From Macrostomum lignano (taxonomy: Eukaryota), in assembly GCA_002269645.1 (NCBI GenBank), contig NIVC01002654.1:88711-152710 (forward strand): a DNA stretch of 64,000 nt. The letters are read 5' to 3'. A model generated the notes under the pieces. That model saw only the letters and a list, made by a program, of their open reading frames with translations, was not told the DNA's origin and did no database searches. Positions 34,004-45,663 of the stretch are shown piece by piece. The position numbers were made by a program, and so were the translations under genes. Position 1 is the stretch's first letter; each line of letters opens with the position of its first letter.

Positions 34004-36427
34004 ATGCCTAAAATGCCGCGTCAGCAATCGTCGTCCTCTGAGGACTCATCATCCGAAGATGAGAAAGTGAAAAAGCCAACAACCCCTGGAGGCAAAGTGA
34101 TCCCGAGTCCCAGCAAGACTGGATCAGCTGCAAAAAAACCACAGAAGCGTCCTGTGCCTGCCGAATCATCAAGCGATTCTGATTCTGATTCGTCTGACGC
34201 TAAGCCGCCAGTCAAAAAGGCTGCGCCTGTCAAGCCCGTTGGTAAGAAGGTAGTGGCTGAGGACTCATCAACCGACTCGTCTTCTGAGAACGAGAAGCCA
34301 CCAGCCAAGAAGCCAGCTGCTGCCACTCCTGCAGCCAAGCCAGCTGCTGCCACTCCTGCAGCCAAGACACCCAAAAAGACACCGGTAAAAAAGCAGGAGT
34401 CGTCGTCAAGCGACTCGTCTTCTGAGGACGAGAAGCCACCAGCCAAGAAGCCAGCTGCTGCCACTCCTCCAGCCAAGACACCTAAAAAGACACCGGTAAA
34501 AAAGCAGGAGTCGTCATCAAGCGACTCGTCTTCTGAGGACGAGAAGCCACCAGCCAAGAAGCCAGCTGCTGCAACTCCTCCAGCCAAGACACCCAAAAAG
34601 ACACCGGTAAAAAAGCAGGAGTCGTCATCAAGCGACTCGTCTTCTGAGGACGAGAAGCCACCAGCCAAGAAGCCAGCTGCTGCTACTCCTGCAGCTGCAG
34701 CCAAGCCAGTCACAAAAACACCGGCAAAGAAGCAGGAGTCGTCATCAAGCGACTCGTCTTCTGAGGACGAGAAGCCACCAGCCAAGAAGCCAGCTGCTGC
34801 TACTCCTGCAGCTGCAGCCAAGCCAGTCACAAAAACACCGGCAAAGAAGCAGGAGTCGTCATCAAGCGACTCGTCTTCTGAGGACGAGAAGCCACCAGCC
34901 AAGAAGCCAGCTGCTGCTACTCCTGCAGCCAAGCCAGCTGCTGCCACTCCTGCAGCCAAGACACCCAAAAAGACACCGGTAAAAAAGCAGGAGTCGTCGT
35001 CAAGCGACTCGTCTTCTGAGGACGAGAAGCCACCAGCCAAGAAGCCAGCTGCTGCCACTCCTCCAGCCAAGCCAGCCACAAAGACACCGGTAAAGAAAAA
35101 GGAGTCGTCATCAAGCGACTCTTCTTCTGAGGATGAGAAGCCAACAGCTAAGAAAGTAGCTCCTGCTGCTGCCACTCCTGCAGCCAAGACACCCAAAAAG
35201 ACACCAGTAAAGAAGCAAGATTCTTCATCCAGTGATTCTTCGGATGATGAACAGCCGCCACCAAAAAAGATCGCCCTTACTAACAACGCCAATAAAAAGT
35301 CGCCCGTGTCAGAAAAGCTGCCAAACGGAAAGCATATTGTGCCAAAAGCGACGCATTGCCTTCTGCTAAGCAATCTGGATCCTTCCATCACTCGAAAGGA
35401 CCTGTCCAACTTTTTGGACGACAAAGACATTGCTCGTCTTGACGCAGGTTTAGTCAGTGCTCCGATTGCAATGATCTGCTTTGAAAGTAAATCTGATGCA
35501 GATGCTGCGGCCTCTAAGTGCCAAAATGCGTCTCTAAAGAATCGACAGTTCAGCATTAACACTTTGTCCGGACCGGTGGATCATCTCCAAGTACTACTTG
35601 GAGACGGTGCACCGAAGGTTTCAGCTCCAATGACGAATGACTTTTCTCAGAAAGACAAATCTCGCGAAGAACTGCGCGGACAGGCTCGCTCTGTTATTTT
35701 GCTAAATGTGCCTGCCGATGCAGAGGAATCAGATGTGCGCGCTGCTTTTCCAGGGGGTTCTCGCTACAATGTTAAGACTCGTCCCGGTTCTGACACAGGC
35801 GTCTGCTTTGTGGATTTTGATTCAGAGGCTGACTGCTCTGCCGGTTTTGACGAATTCCGCGGCGTTGGACAATTCGGCGGTCGCGAGGTTGCTGTCGCCT
35901 TCGTTGCGCCAAGGCCGGAAAGGAAGTCATTTGGTGGCGGTGGCGGGGGCGGTCCTGGTTCAGATAATCCTCCGTCAAAAACTGTTGGCGTGTTTAATCT
36001 TCCGTACAGTGCCACTGTCGAACAGTTGTGGGAGTATTTCCCTAAAGCACAAGATCTGTTTATTCCTAAAGGCGATGATGGCCGCAGCCGCGGATTTGCT
36101 TTCGTCACGTTTGACTCGATTGATAGCGCCAGCGAGGCTGTCAACGCTGGACTGACTCTGGACGGTCGGCAGACCCGGATCGAGTATCGCGAAGATCGCA
36201 GTGGAGGCGGACGTGGCGGTGGCCGTGGCGGCGGCCGCGGTGGATTTGGCGGTGGCCGTGGTGGCTTTGACAGTGGGCGTGGCGGTGGCCGAGGTGGCGG
36301 CTTTGGCGGTGGTCGTGGCGGTCGTGGTGGAGGCCGCGGTGGACGTGGAGGCTTTGGCGCTCCCAAGCCTCGCATAGAGATCGATACAGCCAAGCAGAGC
36401 CGCAAGTTGGATTCTGACTCGGATTAA
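34004..36427 (+). CDS. NCL: Nucleolin-like protein (acidic/basic repeats, 3 RRMs, RGG tail), intronless
   Basis: Repeats KKQESSSSDSSSEDEKPPAKKPAAATP; RRM motifs (GVCFVDF, VGVFNLPY, SRGFAFVTF); C-terminal GGRGGF repeats; AATAAA at 36518. Confidence 0.88.
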   Translation: MPKMPRQQSSSSEDSSSEDEKVKKPTTPGGKVIPSPSKTGSAAKKPQKRPVPAESSSDSDSDSSDAKPPVKKAAPVKPVGKKVVAEDSSTDSSSENEKPPAKKPAAATPAAKPAAATPAAKTPKKTPVKKQESSSSDSSSEDEKPPAKKPAAATPPAKTPKKTPVKKQESSSSDSSSEDEKPPAKKPAAATPPAKTPKKTPVKKQESSSSDSSSEDEKPPAKKPAAATPAAAAKPVTKTPAKKQESSSSDSSSEDEKPPAKKPAAATPAAAAKPVTKTPAKKQESSSSDSSSEDEKPPAKKPAAATPAAKPAAATPAAKTPKKTPVKKQESSSSDSSSEDEKPPAKKPAAATPPAKPATKTPVKKKESSSSDSSSEDEKPTAKKVAPAAATPAAKTPKKTPVKKQDSSSSDSSDDEQPPPKKIALTNNANKKSPVSEKLPNGKHIVPKATHCLLLSNLDPSITRKDLSNFLDDKDIARLDAGLVSAPIAMICFESKSDADAAASKCQNASLKNRQFSINTLSGPVDHLQVLLGDGAPKVSAPMTNDFSQKDKSREELRGQARSVILLNVPADAEESDVRAAFPGGSRYNVKTRPGSDTGVCFVDFDSEADCSAGFDEFRGVGQFGGREVAVAFVAPRPERKSFGGGGGGGPGSDNPPSKTVGVFNLPYSATVEQLWEYFPKAQDLFIPKGDDGRSRGFAFVTFDSIDSASEAVNAGLTLDGRQTRIEYREDRSGGGRGGGRGGGRGGFGGGRGGFDSGRGGGRGGGFGGGRGGRGGGRGGRGGFGAPKPRIEIDTAKQSRKLDSDSD

Positions 36428-37449
36428 TTTATGTTTCATCTAACTTTCCTAAGCTGCGACGCTTTTTGAAGCTTTATTTTCCATCTTTTTGTGTCTGCTG
36501 AATTTCAGCACATTATTAATAAAAGCAAAACAGTTTAATGCTTCAAATACTATCTTTGTTACTGTATTTGTGGTTTGCTAAATTTGATTAATTCGTATTT
36601 TTGGGTGTTTTCCTCTTACATCGTCGCTCATTGGTCGCGATTTTGTTTAATGTCATCCTTGCAGTTGAAAATTTGCTAACAGACCAATTTTTTAAACTAA
36701 AACTTTTTAAATTGTATTGTTCAACAAATTTTCAACAAAATCGGCAAATTATTAATGCTGTACTTATTACAGTTTGGTACAATTATTCTCCTATTTCATA
36801 CTGCAAACCTTTTCTGTCGTGACTAAAATTTTTTTCGGTTTGTTGTGAGACGGCTAAAAAGGCCGGTCGCTTAGAGCGTTTTAAGCCTAAAAAACATCTT
36901 TTTCACGAGGCGGCATTTTGCATTTGCACCATTACCAGTCCCTGTCTATCTAAGCATTGTTCGTTTTAATAATTCTCAATGGATAGGCGGGGTAATAAAT
37001 TTGACATTTATTGTGCCTATCGCAGAAGAGCAAACGCCGTGTTTTACTGTGGCAACGCGCAACAGTGCTATTGGAATAAAAAAAACTGTGCCATTGGAGG
37101 CATATCCTTTGTTGTCTTGTCTTTTCTGTCAAATGTTTTAAAGGACTGAACTCTAGTTGATGAAGTAGACTGGGTTATGATATATTATTGATAGAAATCC
37201 TATTTTAGATTCTAGTCTAGTTCATTGTGCACTTCATGTAGCTAGAAGTGATGCTCTAGAAGTGCTTGCTTTGGTTTTTATCTACGTTCTGTCAGCCAAA
37301 ACAACTGAATCCCTCTATACAAAAAATTTACATCACTGCATATTTCTTTCATCATATCCAATAAAATTGCTTGTCTAAATCTTTAAGATTTGCGTCTATC
37401 CCGCTCTAGAATTAAAGCTTCTATGCAGATACTAAACCGCTAGACGGGG

Positions 37450-39400
37450 ACCTTAGGCTGCACGAGTAATGTCTCACTTTTTCTGCCTGGTGCGTCCTTC
37501 TTGACACATTTTGCCGTGCATCGTCATTTGATCTTGCATCTGCGGTGTTTCAATCGTCTGATATAGCACTTCATCGCCCTAAATCTCGAAGTTGCGTCAC
37601 TTGGTCCATTGCGGTTGCTGTCTCGGCGTTGGCCTACTCTGCACCATCCGCTGAAGGATCTAAGCCGACCAAATGAGGCTGTGCATGCTGCTATATCTGT
37701 TCAGTCTCTCACTTTTGATGGCGAGCAGCAGTGACCTGCTATCGGATAAGATGAGCGCGCTTCGCGGTCCCTTTTCCTCCAGCAGTTCGAGGGCGAGGTG
37801 CAAGGCCGCGTCGTACTTTAACCGTCATATGCAGGCTGATTATTGACATCATCATCAACAGAAACGTCGCTGAAGAGGATCGACTCACCTATAGTGGCCC
37901 CGATACGTCTGAAGCGATTGATGTCTCCTTTCTTGGAACCCCGAAACTGGAGCTCGGGGTAGATAATGGTGCCGTTTTATCAACCGTAGCCATTGAGGTG
38001 TCTGATGGTCGCAGACAGCTCCCTGGGAGCGTGACTGATCGACTGAGTCACTGACCGAACCCGCTCGCGCCAGCCCTTGTTGGCTTTGAGGCATTGAGGG
38101 ACGGTGGGCTCGCAGAGCTGCCTCAGGATGTTGAGTGTGGTTTAATAATCGCTTTCTCCCATTCCATAACGCACGTATAGCGCGCCCTGTAGATGGTGGA
38201 GGAGGTGCCTCCAGATAGACTATTGTCTCCAGATAGACGGCCTCTGTCAGGGTGGATCGAACGAGACCAGCCGTTATCCGCAGCCACTCTTTGAACTCTT
38301 TTTTTCCATATTCGTTTTAGAGATCCAAGGTAACCAAGCAGATGCGCAGTACCAAAAACGCAGCTTTTAACCACTGCCTTTTTTATTAGAGGCAGGGGGG
38401 TTGTGTGCACCCTGGCGCACTTTAAGCGACATAGGCACACAACCGGCGAGAGGCATTACTTCCCATTCCGCCGACTCCCCTGAGCAGGCATACAAGCGCG
38501 CGGATACGTACGCAGGCACACACTCACACAGGAGTGCACAGCGCGGCCCTAACTTTATATTATCGTTAGGCATGTACACTTCACTGCGCCTGGGGGGGTT
38601 GGCTCTCAAGGCCGTTAATTGCACGAGCAGAGCCAAGCCGAGATTCCAATTCAGCCCCAAATTAATGTGACTGCACTTGGAATCGAGCCTGGGTCGCTGG
38701 CACACCAGAGCCTGCGCTAGACCGCTGGGCTATGGCCCCCCTAACCACTGCCTTGTGAATGTATATTTTTTATCAAACACTCCATCCGCCACCCTTGATC
38801 AGTATTAGCCAGCACTCTGATCATACAACTTCTCTTCCTCTTTTTCTCCACGGCGTAGTCAGTCAGTCTGCTTTGAAATTTCAAGCCGAGTGCGCACTCT
38901 GAGGTACTTACACGTAAGCGAGCTTTTGCATTCTATGGTATTGCCAATTGCCATTTATCACTGCACTATGTTGGGGATGGTGGACTTGTCCCTGGGCGAG
39001 CGGCTAAAAAGCAGGTCTCGCACTCACGTAGTTGAGGTCAATCCTTAATCCAGTGGCCTAGCAGCCGATGTTGTCCAACGCCTGCATGCTGTCCCTGATT
39101 TTATTAACTGTGTCGCCGCTCGTCTATATTGTCGGCAAAACCGCCATATTCAACTCAACCTTCAGACCATCCCAGTTGTTCACATAGATCAGAAAGAGCA
39201 CAAAGGAACTCAACTGGCCGCTCTCTGGGGGAGGCCCTCCTGGTACCTCGGGTGTTTACTGTGCCCATTGCCCAAATGAACCCTGGCCTTGAAGCTGGCA
39301 AACAATTTCGTGAAGCTCCCTCATCCATGATTCTTTTGAGCAGACTCACTCAGGACTCAGAGGAGTTTTTAAGTGACCGTTTCAATCCGAGAGTCTATGA
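37450..39400 (-). mobile_element. Decayed non-LTR retrotransposon (RT and RNase H remnants), interrupted by a SINE
   Basis: Minus-strand ALHLALELLEEKGPRSALILSDSRSLLLAIK (about 37806-37715) resembles non-LTR RNase H. EFLCALSDL...*VEYGGFADNI (about 39220-39135) resembles RT motifs. Many stops. Confidence 0.65.
38381..38741 (-). mobile_element. SINE family B full-length copy with 13-bp TSD
   Basis: TSD TAACCACTGCCTT at 38368-38380 and 38742-38754; head GGGGGGCCATAGCCCAGCGGTCTAGCGC...GCTCGATTCC. Confidence 0.9.
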
Positions 39401-42400
39401 CTCTCGCGCAGGCAGACCGAGACCGGTTTTGCCTTGTATATATCTGCCTTCGTCAGTGAGCCATAGCCACACACCATCCTCTCCCACCACTTTGTGTGCA
39501 CAAACGCATATTTTTTGCTTATATGGCGACATTTTTCAGGCTATGGTGAGATCGATATTTTTATGATTCAAACCTTTATTTGTCTACTTTTCTCAATAGT
39601 AGTCTAAATTGAATTTCTCACAAAGTTCTTACACTAATCAAGGAGCACCACTTATGAGCTCACAAAATGCACCCGCCAATAGAATATTTTAGTTCATATA
39701 TACGCAACAACATTAAAAAGTCGCCACTTTTGACTTTTGAGTGACGCAACTTGCGCCACGCGACGCAGAGTTGGGTTGGGTGAGGAGGGATTGGGAAGAG
39801 CGGAGGGCGAAGATTGGATGGATTGAAGCTTCCGCCCGGTTTTCATTGTTTTTCAAGCATTTTTCATTATCAAAATGGTTGGCCAGGTGATAGAAGCTGA
39901 TCGACACTGCTCACTGGGGAAAAAGGGTGTCGACTCTTCAATGTTGCTAAGTATATATACTCGCACGTTCGATGCCAATCTCATATACTAAAAATCGGTC
40001 CTAAAACTTATAGAAGAAATTTGAGTAGCTATTAGTTAGATGTCTGCTATCTAGTTATATGCATCTTTAACGTAAAACTTTAAAAGAAAATTGAAGTTTA
40101 TTTACTCAGAATTAATTTGGTCATCTGAATTCGATTATTGAATGTACTTTTAAACTTTTCATAAGAAATCTATCGAATTGTTACTGTACATGTAAAGTTG
40201 GTCACAATGCTATAGGCAAAAGTTAAAGAGTAAAGCTTCTCTCTATAATCGACTTGAGGACTTAGCGATATGAACTTGGCATCAGCGAGTTTTGCGAACT
40301 ATGCTGGAACAAATTTCCTTTTCTTTCTCGCATGCACCGTACAAAAAGAAGAGAATCCAGAGAGAACCTGGAAGGGCAAGAAGGGAAGAGATGGGAGGAA
40401 GAGAGTCTGCAGTTTCGGAACTGGCTGCTCTCAACGCAGACTCAATCTCTCCCTTAACTCTTTCCCCTTGCTTCCTACGCACCCAACGCGAATCCAGGGC
40501 CCCCTTGCCCTTCCTCTCGCAGCTCCCTCATCCTTCCTCTCCCAAACGGACGAGATTGAGCGGCTGCCCGGTTCAAATTCCCCCGGCCAATCCCGGGGGC
40601 GAATAGAGGCTTTGGATCGGACCATGACTGCATGGCTTGCCAGTTGGCAACGGAGATGGCGAGTTGGGCGGGTGGGGGCTGCAAATCCAGACGCGACTCA
40701 AACACCGAGAGAGGGGGAGAGAGACCGATGGGTGAGGCTGTGGGCGAAACATCCTTGCAGAAGAACCTCTGCCTTTGAAGGAAGGAGGCAGAGAAATAGA
40801 AGGCGGAAGAGACCGGATTAAATCTGAACGGCGAAATCCGCGTGCGCCTAGACCTTCCAAGTTCTAGCTCCATCATCTATTGTTACAGCTGCTGCGTGTT
40901 ACGTTAGGTTCTACTTTTCGTTGCTTTATCAGTTTGCAAGGTAAGTGTGCATCACTCCTATTTCTTGCGAGTTTGTTGCAGTTCAATTATTTATTCATAA
41001 TTTGTAGCAGTTCTACCCAGTTGGCCTCCAAAAACGAATGACAAAAGCTCGAACTTTGCCACCTCTGACGTGACATCCACCGGCCTAGATGTGGGTAGGG
41101 GCGCCATGAAGTTGCGCCATGAGGTTGCGGCCCCTCCGATTAAAATTCCTGTGTACGCCACTGATGTACGACTCGTACAGCTATAATCTATTCATTTAGC
41201 TGGCGCAATGTTGTTAAAAGTAAAATTAGTAAAATTAATTAATTAATTTCTAGTAAAATTATTTCCTGAATCCCTGGCATGGACTCAGAGCTATATCCAC
41301 CAGTCTTATTCGGACTGCAATAAAATTGTGACAGCTGCATCTGCAGTCAATCAAGTTTACTAGCGACAATCAGTAGCTGAGATAGAATGTTTGAGTAGAG
41401 TTTTGGGACGCATGAGTCAATTATCTCTCCTAAAATATGAGAGCGCTGAGACTGCTTACTGCTTAACAAAAACAGTCTAAAGCTGCTACATGGCGTTTTA
41501 CATTCCGATTGGAATTCATCGATCCAAAGTGTAGATTTAACTCACATCAATCGAAGATTGGTACCTAATCTCATTGTTAAATTGTCAAATGCCTTTGGGA
41601 AGTTTAATTATCCCTCGTACGCAGTGGCGTAATGGGAGGCATAAGAGCTTTAATAATCCGAAAATAGCATTTCTTTTTTGTTTAAATCAATGCCAGAGCA
41701 TCGAAAACTTTTTATTTCTCGTTAGATATTTTTGCACGGAAATTGACTTGTGATTACACAACGAGCAGGTGATTGACAGTACGTTCATCCTGATCGCCAA
41801 CCCTCAAGATAGCAGGTGTTCATGTTTACTCGTACATGCCTAACTATGAGAAAGTCGTGTGAGCTACATGTAGTGTGTCCGTCTGCGTGCATATACGTGT
41901 GTGTGTGCACATCAGCTGTGTGATTTGATTGCGGAGCGAACGAGCCTTTTCTTTCTCGAGAATAAGCTCTCGTATAGCTACATGTATTTTGCTTGCGGAC
42001 GTAGAAAATTCCTGAAACAAAGTCTAAAGCACTGTCCCGGAGCAGAAAATTTTCGCTTCATTTCCCATCGCAAAGAATCCACAGAATTAACTGATTCCCG
42101 TGCACTTTTAATGTATTCATTATCTGTCTCCGTCCCTCTCCAGTCCCAGAGTAAGAATTAATTGCTGCTGCTGCTGCTGCTATTCAAATATAGGAGCCCA
42201 TAGTCTCCGGGGGTGGGGGCGAGTCTCAAGAAAATCCATATCCAGCTAATATAAAGACCTGCTATGGGTGCGCCTACATTCAATTTGAGCGATAAAGAAG
42301 AAATGGCGGATAGGCACTTTTGCTAATCTCCTCCCCCTTTTTCTCTGTCCTCTCCTGGCATACGCGAATGAGTGCGCGCGTATCTCCACGGATCGTCGAC

Positions 42401-42974
42401 AGTCCGCACTCCCCCAGCCCTTCAACTGCGAAGGCGAACGATATACGATTGACTGTGTAGCCAAATTATCCCTCCCCTGATCTCTGTGTGTCGCCGGGTC
42501 TGCCCTAGCACTCGCCGACTGTACGCTTGGCGTCCCCTAAACTCTGCTGTTCCCCGTCCCCCCGCTCTGTATCTGTCTTGTTTCTAGCCACCAACCCTCA
42601 CTTTGATATTCAACAGGCAGGCTTGGAGAAAGAAAACAGTTCTTTTGCAAAGATATCCCTTGCCAATTCGCTTCCCCCTAGCCCGAGTCGGGGAGAGGCA
42701 ATCAATTCTAGTCCCTCTCTCTCACTGGGGAGGGCTGACACCAACCCCGGCCGGCAGGAAAAATTTCCCAATCTAGGCTACTCCGGCTGAGCGCGCAGCG
42801 GGACGGGGGTCGACGGAGCGTCTCAATTCCTGGACACAGCCGTCTTCTCTGGTGAGAACGGAGCGGAGAGCCTTGAATAGAAATAGCCAAGACAGTTTCA
42901 GCACTTGTTCTCAGCACAGCATTCCGATACTAAAGAAGAAATAACTCAGGTGAGAACCGTTTTCCCTATCTCTA

Positions 42975-43245
42975 ACCGGATAGAAATGGCACTCATCCTG
43001 TTAGATAGGCAATGCCATCATCCAATGGAAGTGGCACTCATCCTGTTAGATAGGCAATGACATCATCCAATGGAAGTGGCGCTCATCCTGTTAGATAGAC
43101 AATAGCATCATCCAATGGAAGTGGCACTCATCCTGTTAGATAGGCAATGCCATCATCGAATGGAAGTGGCACTCATCCTGGTAGATAGACAATGGCATCA
43201 TCCAAAGGAAGTGGCGCTTATCCTGCTAGACAAAAGCAGATAATG
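42975..43245. repeat. 45-bp tandem repeat just upstream of the first BK-beta-like ORF
   Basis: Unit TGGAAGTGGCACTCATCCTGTTAGATAGGCAATGCCATCATCCAA, about 6 copies. Confidence 0.9.
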
Positions 43246-43255
43246 CAATCAATGT

Positions 43256-44640
43256 ATGGATCTCTATCACTATTTGCAGAGCCGAGAAGCAATCTCCGCA
43301 CTGATGGCTCTGGAGCCTCACGGTGTGTGCCACACACTGTGCATAAAATGGAGCGTTGCCAAGATCATCTATCTCCTATCCGGCTCGCTAATTGTATGCG
43401 GCTTCACCGTGGAGATGATTGTCATCGGCATGATAGTGGCGCCCTACCTCAGGGAGGCCGAGTTCGTGGAGGCCAGTTGCCAGTTTAACTCCAGTCGGTA
43501 TACCGGCTACACAGACTGCCAAGATGTGAATAGAAAGCCAAATAACAACTTCCCTTGTCTAGAGGTGCTGGTCAACTTTTTCCCCCACAGTTCCAGTAAA
43601 TTGCCAGTAAATTCCAGTAAATTGTTCGGAGGCGGAGTGGCCACCATCTACTCCGTGCTGTCGTACTATGAGGAGTCTTCTAGTACGTCAAAGGTGAGCT
43701 GAAACAGTTTGACTGCCTCACCCGTAAACTGCGCCTTCGCCTGTCTCCTCAGCCGTAAGTTCACAAGGCCTGTTGCCTAAGTGCTTCTTCGTCCTTGAGC
43801 TGTCTTTTCCTATAAAGCAGGTTTTTTTCTAAGAGTCTACATTGTATCTCCTATAGACAGTTCAGACGGATGAATAATTTCCTACCTCTGTTTCATTTTT
43901 TGGCTGAAAATATGCTTCAATTTTAGTGTAGTGACTAGCAATTTGCGCCCCCTTTGGGAGGCAACAAAGAAAGAAGATTTTTTTTGAATCAGCTACATGT
44001 AAGATTTGACTTTGGCAATACAATTGCTATTGTTAATTTATTGAAGCTTGTTAATCCTACTGAATTTGAGAAATTCCCCTCTTCCATAAACCTTGCCACC
44101 TCAACAATTCTTTTCTTGAGTCCTTACAGCATTTGGACGAATAAGTTCCTCCTTTTTAGCTGTCTACTACGTGTCCCTTCTCTACGCTCGCTTTCCCTCA
44201 GCTATCGGCTCCTGATAATAGATAGCGTCCCACCGAAAGCGACTTCCGTAGGGCTGTATTTTATCGTATGTTTGACTTTTTAAGTCTTCGCCTAAAATTA
44301 ATCTTCAAAATTTTTAACCGCCACTTCTGTGTAATTTCCCCAATACAACAATCTACAGTGCAGCTCGAGAATCTGCTACCGAGACAGCTACATGAACGCT
44401 AAACAGATTGCCAACCTAAACGTGACGCTCTACAACAACCAGGCTGCATATCAGTGCTACGTCCGTCAGGAATGGGCCGCCAGCACGTTTGTCGCCTTGC
44501 GTAGCAGAGAAATTGACGAAGCAAAAGTATTCCACTGTCTACTGTGGCCGGCGCTGGCCTTCGGGTTTGGCGGATTAGTATTCTGGAGCGTCTATTGCTG
44601 CTTGGGCTGCAATATCTGGCCTAAAGAGATGGCAGTATGA
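43256..44640 (+). CDS. BK channel beta subunit / TipE-like two-TM protein, paralog 1
   Basis: Exons 43256-43693 and 44359-44640 (phase 0). TM1, PYLRE..F..ASC, cysteine-rich loop (FPCLEVLVN), then HCLLWPALAFGFGGLVF TM2, as in the CaKB family. AATAAA at 44797. Confidence 0.78.
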
Positions 44641-45522
44641 GGAGTGACGGACTCTGTGGCATATACGTATGAGGAGGCATCAATACAGTATGTCTATGAG
44701 GAGTAATCTGCGCGAGTCACTTCACTGACTTTTTCTCCATTCAACCGACCAAATTTCTAATGTCTTCCCGGAGCTGTGTTTGCTTCTGTTGTACTGAATA
44801 AACGCGCGTAGTTTGTTTTCCTTTTGTTTGGCTGTATTTTCTGTTTGCTGGTCAGTACTCGTACTCGTATATCAATCAGTCGTTATCCGAAAGCTTTATC
44901 GGTTATGTGGAGGTACGGCGAGACACTTTCGGGCGATGAGGCTCTTTTTCTTAAAAGACAACCACATAGGATAGGCAGAAATGCAGTCAGGGTTTCCAAA
45001 ACGGGCGGTTCGTTGAGCTAATTAACTTGATTAAATCTCTCTCCATCCAGCGAGAGTCGGTCCGATCTACGCTACTCTCGCCTTTTTCCTAGGTCCATCA
45101 AATACGCTATAGCTTGTACGGCGGTCGTGCTTCTAAAAATAGCCCTCTGTATCGATTCCACCGTATCGAGCCCGGCTCTTGACCGGGTCTCCCGTTCTGT
45201 CAACAAAATAATCTCGCGCGGAAGCCGCCAAAGGATTAGCCAAGTCTGGACTAATCTAGAAAGAATAGAAAGAATAAAATGGTTGCTGAGATTCCAATTT
45301 TTAATATCAATATCGAAAATATGCCGATTAAAAAACCTACGGTTGCGCTGAAACTATAAATTTATAATATACGAGCTACATGCTATAAATTTGACTTTGC
45401 GATTCTAAGAAATCCAGCGTTTCTTGATCAAGACACGGTCTCTAAAAGCTGACACACACAATGTGCTAGTGCGAGCTCGTATTTCAGCCATTATTTAACT
45501 CAGCTAAACAAGTAATAACCAG

Positions 45523-45660
45523 ATGTGCAACCGACAGCTCAGCCGCAGCAATTGCGCGGCGCATCTGAAGGCTGCCCTATACGGCTGTTCAGTCCGGGGG
45601 TCGCCACACCCTCAATTACCTTAGCTAATGCTTTTATGCATTTTACATCTGGGTGAACTA
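45523..45660 (-). mobile_element. SINE family A partial copy, truncated at a TIR element
   Basis: ATGTGCAACCGACAGCTCAGCCGCAGC...CCTCAATTACC match; ends where the 45664 inverted repeat starts. Confidence 0.75.
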
Positions 45661-45663
45661 AAG

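Noticed and set aside
34021-36405. Long antisense ORFs over the nucleolin gene
   Set aside because: Shadow frames of a low-complexity, GC-rich coding sequence.
40270-40876. Overlapping ORFs of 60-180 aa on both strands
   Set aside because: No recognisable motifs or consistent splice chain. More likely promoter or 5' UTR sequence of the downstream BK-beta-like gene (donor-like AAG|GTAAGT near 40940).
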